This document shows, one piece after another, positions 59,737 through 64,000 of a stretch of DNA of 64,000 nt. Each line of letters begins with the position of its first letter. Positions within the stretch are counted from its first letter, which is position 1. The stretch spans positions 3,583 through 67,582 of the forward strand of contig JAKQWZ010000064.1 in assembly GCA_029561735.1 (NCBI GenBank), written 5' to 3'. The notes under the pieces were generated by a model. It was not told the DNA's origin and made no database searches. It was given only the letters and a program-made list of their open reading frames with translations. The translations under genes and the position numbers were made by a program. The stretch comes from Candidatus Omnitrophota bacterium. GTDB taxonomy: Bacteria > Omnitrophota > Gorgyraeia > Gygaellales > Profunditerraquicolaceae.

Positions 59737-60651
59737 CTATTTGCTGGGTTTACTTTTCCACCGGCGGTGGACCCAACCCCATTCCGCAGGATATTTCCTT
59801 ATATAAGACTCTATAATATCGGTAAGGCGCTGTATATTAATAAGTATTGTATCACGTTCATCTTTTCCTTCAACTAAAATTAAAGGCGGCTCAAAGAAAA
59901 TCTTATGCCGGTCATTGCCCTGGCGGACAATAAAACTTGGCAGTATTCTGGCTTTGGTGCGCTGGGCCAAAACAACCGGCCCGGTAGCTGTAGCCGCCTG
60001 AACACCAAAAAATTTTACAAATACTCCGGAAGTGCCGAAATTCTGGTCAATAGGGATAAACAGTATACTGTTATTTCTTAAGGCCCGGATAGATTCCTCA
60101 ACACATGCCTTACGCGGCTGGCTGTAAATGGTCTGTATGCCCATATTATTTCGTTTCTTAAGGAAAAAATTTTCTGTCCTGCCGTCGCGCATCTGGCGCA
60201 TGATCCCGGCGGTCTTATATCCTTCAAGGCTGAGTTTCGCCATCATCAAAGCAAAATTGCCAAAATGAGCGCTGACCAGTATAACACCGTTGCCTTCAGA
60301 CAAGGCCTTGTCAAGGTTTTCTTTGCCTTCAAAATCAACCTGTTCTTTTAATGCCCGGGGCCTTTCCATTAAATACATAAGCTCAACCGCGGACTTAGCC
60401 ATATTTACAAAACAATCTTTGGCTATTTGGCGCAATTCCTTTGGGGATTTTTCCTTCTCAAAAGCCATGGAAAGGCTGTCAAAAGCTATCTCGCGCTGTT
60501 TACCGACAAATTTATATGCCAGCCAGGCAACCGAACGGGCAAACCCGTAAATCATGCTTCCGGGAAGCAGTTTGACCGCAAAAGAACAGAATCTCAGGCC
60601 GACCCAGGCTAAATAACGCTGAAAATTTTTAGATATTTTTTTAAAATCCAT
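59737..60651 (-). CDS. Lysophospholipid/lipid A acyltransferase (LpxL/HtrB family)
   Basis: 304 aa. N-terminal TM helix, VSAHFGNF (HX4D-like region) and overall length fit the LpxL family. Confidence 0.7.
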   Translation of the reverse strand: MDFKKISKNFQRYLAWVGLRFCSFAVKLLPGSMIYGFARSVAWLAYKFVGKQREIAFDSLSMAFEKEKSPKELRQIAKDCFVNMAKSAVELMYLMERPRALKEQVDFEGKENLDKALSEGNGVILVSAHFGNFALMMAKLSLEGYKTAGIMRQMRDGRTENFFLKKRNNMGIQTIYSQPRKACVEESIRALRNNSILFIPIDQNFGTSGVFVKFFGVQAATATGPVVLAQRTKARILPSFIVRQGNDRHKIFFEPPLILVEGKDERDTILINIQRLTDIIESYIRKYPAEWGWVHRRWKSKPSK

Positions 60652-60711
60652 AGGTTAGAGATTATAACAAGCTTGGGGCAGTTTTCAAGCAGAAATTCCG
60701 TGCTTAGCTCT

Positions 60712-61365
60712 CTACAACTTCTTACCCCAACAGCTCAAAAAAAGCTCTTTGCCCAAAAGATAATCAAAATATGTGACCTTCTGATCATATAGCCGGGAAA
60801 ATCCGGATGAAGCAAACAGCCTCTTTGCCCCGTCAGTAAATGTCCAGGCGCATACGCCTTTGATATTTCTATCTTTTAGATATTCGCAAAATGCGTCAAG
60901 TAATTTATGGCCGATCCCCATGCCCCTGAACCCGTCGGCTATATTTATATGGAAATGTGCCGGGTATTCCTGATTAAAATCCGGCCGGCTGAATTCCCTC
61001 CTGATCAGGCTGCGCAGCGAATAAAACGCAAAGCGCCACGTGCGCGCCTTAAGCAATAATCCACGCAATATGCCTTTACGTATTATCCCGGGCATAATAT
61101 TCTTGTCAATTACCCGGTGTGAACCGGCTGTATCAACAGAACCCATGATATAGCCGACTACGCCTGATGAATATTCGGCGACAAAAACCGATTCAGGCTC
61201 ATAATCAAGGTAGTAACCGGACAGCATATCAGCTAAAACTACCCTGTCCGGAAGAAAGGCCTCTCCGCTTTTACCCAGAAATGCCGTATCAACAGCAATG
61301 TCCCTTAATGCGCTTTTATCTTCGTGTTTGTACGGCCTGATAATAATCCGGTTTTCTTGGGCCAT
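60712..61365 (-). CDS. GNAT-family N-acetyltransferase
   Basis: 217 aa. FRGMGIGHKLL matches the acetyl-CoA-binding Q/RxxGxG/A motif. Confidence 0.75.
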   Translation of the reverse strand: MAQENRIIIRPYKHEDKSALRDIAVDTAFLGKSGEAFLPDRVVLADMLSGYYLDYEPESVFVAEYSSGVVGYIMGSVDTAGSHRVIDKNIMPGIIRKGILRGLLLKARTWRFAFYSLRSLIRREFSRPDFNQEYPAHFHINIADGFRGMGIGHKLLDAFCEYLKDRNIKGVCAWTFTDGAKRLFASSGFSRLYDQKVTYFDYLLGKELFLSCWGKKL

Positions 61366-62786
61366 TATTTTAAGATAATTTTACGGAATGCGCTGGCATC
61401 ATGCTGCAGCATGTTGGTCTGCGCCCGGGCAGAAACCAAAATAAAATCAGGATCCCCTAAAACTTTTAGCGGTATATTAAACACCACTTCTTTCTCGCCG
61501 AATTCCATAACCGCGCCTTCAGCGTTAATTTGAGTATTGGCATCAAATACCGATAAAGCCTTGCGCTGCAGGATGACACAGATCTTAGGCATCTGCTCAA
61601 AAGGAGTTTTTTTACTGTAGCCGAAAATATACACCATGGCGCTAAACCGGGAATTGGCTTCCTTGGGTTTAGAGATACCGATGATAAAGGAGCCGTCTTT
61701 AAGCTCATAACGTACGCGCCCCTTGCCCCTTAAGACCAAGGCGTCTTCGGCAGACTCGCCCTCGGAGCTGCCGCGCATCAAATCATCAAGGATCCTGGCC
61801 CCCATTAAAAGTTTGCCTTCATTCGGCTGATTCCTGTCAATGAGCCGCGCAACCGGATAATCTCCGAATAATTCATTTCTGCGGGCAAACGCAAGAAGAT
61901 AAAATGCGCTGGATTCAGTCTGGGTCTTATTGCATAGTATGGCCATATATTTTTTGTTCAATTCTTCGGCGCTAAGTTCAAATTTTTTCCATTGCACAGC
62001 TGACCCCCGGAACTGCTCAGGGGGCATAAGCCACAGCTCCGGATGATAATGGCGCGGGACAGGCCAGCCATAACTGTGCACCAGGTATGAATGGACCTGG
62101 GGCCTGCCTATAAATTTTTCCGTATCAGCCAAAGCGATCTCTAAAAATAGATAAAAAGCACGGTGGTCAGGATTAGTATCGGCAGGGTGAGAAACAAATA
62201 TTTTATTCGGCTTATAATCCATTAAAACTCGTTTCATGTCGCTAAGGATGCTTTCTCCGGTATAAGAAGCGCCGTAAGACAGGTCACCCTTATAAGGAAC
62301 ACTGGAAATACGGGTAAGCCAGCTCATGTAGGGCCGGGAACGTTGCCAGTATCGGGCAAATACGGCAAAAGTCCCGAAATCCGGATATCCCAAGAACAAA
62401 AGCTTATCCTCACCAAGGCCGAGTACTTTTGCCGCCTTTATGGCTTCCTGCTTGCGTAATTTCCCCAGATGTATAAAAGCGCTTCTTCTAACCACAAGGC
62501 GTTTTTCATAAACAATAAACGCAAACTCATTGTGGTCGCCGTTGGTCAGATAAACGATCCGTACCTGCGCCCCGCTCTTTAAAGCATCCTGAATCACCCC
62601 TGCGCAGGCTATTGCTTCATCGTCAGGGTGAGGGGCAAGTATCAAAACGCGGTCGCTATTCTTAAATTTATCTATTGCAGGAATACCCGCTGCCGGAGAT
62701 TGCGCAACAGGGCTGGCTTGCGCCCAGGCGCAGGCTGTAAGGCAAAAGGTAATTAAAACCGTTAAAAAGGTCCTTTGGATTCTCAT
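61365..62786 (-). CDS. Secreted PIG-L/LmbE-family deacetylase with a large C-terminal extension
   Basis: 473 aa. Signal peptide, LAPHPDDEAIACAG and HPDH motifs. The C-terminal extension of about 200 aa is uncharacterised. Confidence 0.7.
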   Translation of the reverse strand: MRIQRTFLTVLITFCLTACAWAQASPVAQSPAAGIPAIDKFKNSDRVLILAPHPDDEAIACAGVIQDALKSGAQVRIVYLTNGDHNEFAFIVYEKRLVVRRSAFIHLGKLRKQEAIKAAKVLGLGEDKLLFLGYPDFGTFAVFARYWQRSRPYMSWLTRISSVPYKGDLSYGASYTGESILSDMKRVLMDYKPNKIFVSHPADTNPDHRAFYLFLEIALADTEKFIGRPQVHSYLVHSYGWPVPRHYHPELWLMPPEQFRGSAVQWKKFELSAEELNKKYMAILCNKTQTESSAFYLLAFARRNELFGDYPVARLIDRNQPNEGKLLMGARILDDLMRGSSEGESAEDALVLRGKGRVRYELKDGSFIIGISKPKEANSRFSAMVYIFGYSKKTPFEQMPKICVILQRKALSVFDANTQINAEGAVMEFGEKEVVFNIPLKVLGDPDFILVSARAQTNMLQHDASAFRKIILK

Positions 62787-62817
62787 ACTGGCTTATTTTA
62801 GCATAGCATTAAAGCTA

Positions 62818-62845
62818 TTGCAATAAATGCGGCATTATATATAAT
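62818..62845 (+). promoter_or_regulatory. Sigma-70-type promoter of the CDF gene (possibly leaderless mRNA)
   Basis: TTGCAA-16 nt-TATAAT. Only 6 nt separate the -10 element from the ATG at 62852, and no SD is present. Confidence 0.5.
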
Positions 62846-62851
62846 AAGCAT

Positions 62852-63736
62852 ATGAACAATAATTTTAGAGCGCATTATAATAAAATAAAAATTATCCTCA
62901 TATGGATCCTGGCGCTGAACTGGCTGGTAGCAATAGCCAAAATAATCTTCGGTTTTATCAGCAGGACAAGCAGTATCACGGCTGACGGCTTTCATTCGCT
63001 TTCCGACGGAGCCTCCAATATTATCTGCCTGGTGGGCATATATTTTGCCGGCCAGCCTACTGACCGAGACCATCCTTACGGGCATAAGAAATATGAAACA
63101 TTTTTTTCAATAGCCATTGCATCTATTCTATTCCTGGTAGCATTTGAGCTTATCCAAGGGGCCGTCAAGCGGATATTCAATCCGGTTATTCCCAAAATAG
63201 ATATTTACAGTTTTATTGTTATGGTCACCACAATGGTGATAAACATAGCGGTGATGTCCTACGAAAACAAAAAAGGCAAACAACTGAAGAGCGACCTGCT
63301 TATTTCAGATTCCCTGCACACAAGGGCAGACATACTGGTATCGCTTTCTGTAATCGCAGCCCTGATCATGATGAGGCTGGGAGTCAAGCCTATTATTGAC
63401 CCTGTTGTAACAATAATAATTGCCCTGATTATAGCATACTCGGCATTTGAGATAATGCGGGAGGGATCGCGGGTACTCTGCGACACAATAGCCATAATAG
63501 ACCTCAAAAGGATAATTGATGTAGTTTTAAGCGTCAGCGGTGTCCAGACCTGCCACAAGATCAGGACGCGCGGCAGATCTGACGATATCCATATTGACCT
63601 GCATGTGCAGGTCAACCCGTCAATGCCGATAAAAGAAGCGCATAAAATAAGTTATTCTATTGAAGAGGCATTAAAAAAGCAAATCCCCGAAGTCACCGAC
63701 GTAGTAGTCCATCTGGAACCCAAAGAAAATATTTAA
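62852..63736 (+). CDS. Cation diffusion facilitator (CDF) metal efflux transporter
   Basis: 294 aa and 6 TM helices. HSLSDGASN (TM2) and H...D (TM5) motifs, plus a C-terminal cytoplasmic domain. Confidence 0.85.
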   Translation: MNNNFRAHYNKIKIILIWILALNWLVAIAKIIFGFISRTSSITADGFHSLSDGASNIICLVGIYFAGQPTDRDHPYGHKKYETFFSIAIASILFLVAFELIQGAVKRIFNPVIPKIDIYSFIVMVTTMVINIAVMSYENKKGKQLKSDLLISDSLHTRADILVSLSVIAALIMMRLGVKPIIDPVVTIIIALIIAYSAFEIMREGSRVLCDTIAIIDLKRIIDVVLSVSGVQTCHKIRTRGRSDDIHIDLHVQVNPSMPIKEAHKISYSIEEALKKQIPEVTDVVVHLEPKENI

Positions 63737-63753
63737 AACGCCTTGCAGATACT

Positions 63754-64000
63754 TCAGCCGGCCCTCTTGTTGTGCAAAGCAACAGCCAGATTAAGAAACA
63801 GAATAAAAATGCAGAAAAGAATAAAATAATCCCCGAAACGGGTATAGGCCGTCAGGGAATTGCTGATGCTGTACACATCTGCCGCCTGAAATCCGGAAAT
63901 AAATGTCAGCCTTGCGTTTTTATCGCTTAACTGCGCATAGGCCCTGCCGTACGAATCAATAAAAGCCGATACGCCGGTGTTTGCCGCCCGCACCACAAAC
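63754..64000 (-). CDS. lnt: Apolipoprotein N-acyltransferase, C-terminal part (gene continues beyond the window)
   Basis: VRAANTGVSAFIDSYGR and a final TM helix are typical of the Lnt C-terminus. The ORF is open to the window edge. Confidence 0.7.
   Translation of the reverse strand, partial: FVVRAANTGVSAFIDSYGRAYAQLSDKNARLTFISGFQAADVYSISNSLTAYTRFGDYFILFCIFILFLNLAVALHNKRAG

Noticed and set aside
62787-62851. NiCo (czcD-type) riboswitch upstream of the CDF exporter
   Set aside because: The intergenic region is 65 nt and is taken up by a promoter ending 6 nt before the ATG. That is too short for the aptamer.
1-64000. Mobile elements, prophage, toxin-antitoxin or restriction-modification systems
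   Set aside because: I looked for integrase, transposase or recombinase motifs, terminal inverted repeats next to the tRNAs, and small paired ORFs. None was found. The tRNA-adjacent repeats have no associated recombinase.

Overview
This is a gene-dense 64 kb chromosomal window with about 72 protein genes, 2 tRNAs and no rRNA. I saw no transposase, integrase, CRISPR array or obvious prophage. Every gene between 912 and 62786 lies on the minus strand. Only the two window edges (1-937 and 62852-63736) carry plus-strand genes. The content suggests an anaerobic, diderm, probably uncultivated bacterium: it has LpxL, Lnt, a TonB-dependent receptor and a porin, plus a [NiFe] hydrogenase, rubredoxin, superoxide reductase, flavodiiron protein and Hcp. 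I cannot assign taxonomy from sequence alone.

Main blocks, in minus-strand reading order:
1. 62786-56879: envelope and housekeeping genes (PIG-L deacetylase, GNAT, LpxL-like, BioY, HAD, CsgG-like).
2. 56759-52133: a nickel regulon (NikR, OprB-type porin, NikM, PDGLE/NikN-like, Q, and an ATPase with a His-rich tail), followed by a ZIP transporter.
3. 51296-48900: PP-loop ATPase, an orphan AmmeMemoRadiSam-type radical SAM enzyme and a YkgJ-type protein.
4. 48894-43973: two different P-type ATPases.
5. 43868-41427: a PAS-GGDEF-HD-GYP c-di-GMP turnover protein.
6. 41409-34348: an O2/NO stress island with an Rrf2 regulator, Hcp, FNR-like reductase, flavodiiron protein, 1Fe-SOR, an unannotated rubredoxin, an erythrin-like protein, Grx and TrxB.
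7. 34336-28003: an Rrf2-controlled sulfur block (CysK, NifU-like, COG1900 homocysteine-synthesis protein, NIL-ferredoxin, LarE-like, NifS, PurM-like).
8. 28040-20692: housekeeping genes (BirA, TonB receptor, MnmA, NadA, RluA, PAP2, PfkB, YqeY).
9. 20680-9896: a 13-gene, translationally coupled operon. An Ech-type group-4 [NiFe] hydrogenase core is joined to a HydB/HydG-like NAD(P)H module, a PhoU-domain protein, a half-size antiporter-like subunit, an MFS transporter and a PtsN-like EIIA.
10. 9292-3299: an unannotated c-di-GMP-I riboswitch with its own promoter and terminator. It sits in front of an operon encoding a GH1 glycosidase, a cNMP-binding/ParA-like/patatin protein, lipoproteins and an NSS transporter with an unannotated small subunit.

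The hydrogenase operon and the riboswitch-gated patatin operon are my best candidates for undescribed biology. All family calls come from motif reading of the supplied translations. No database search was run.
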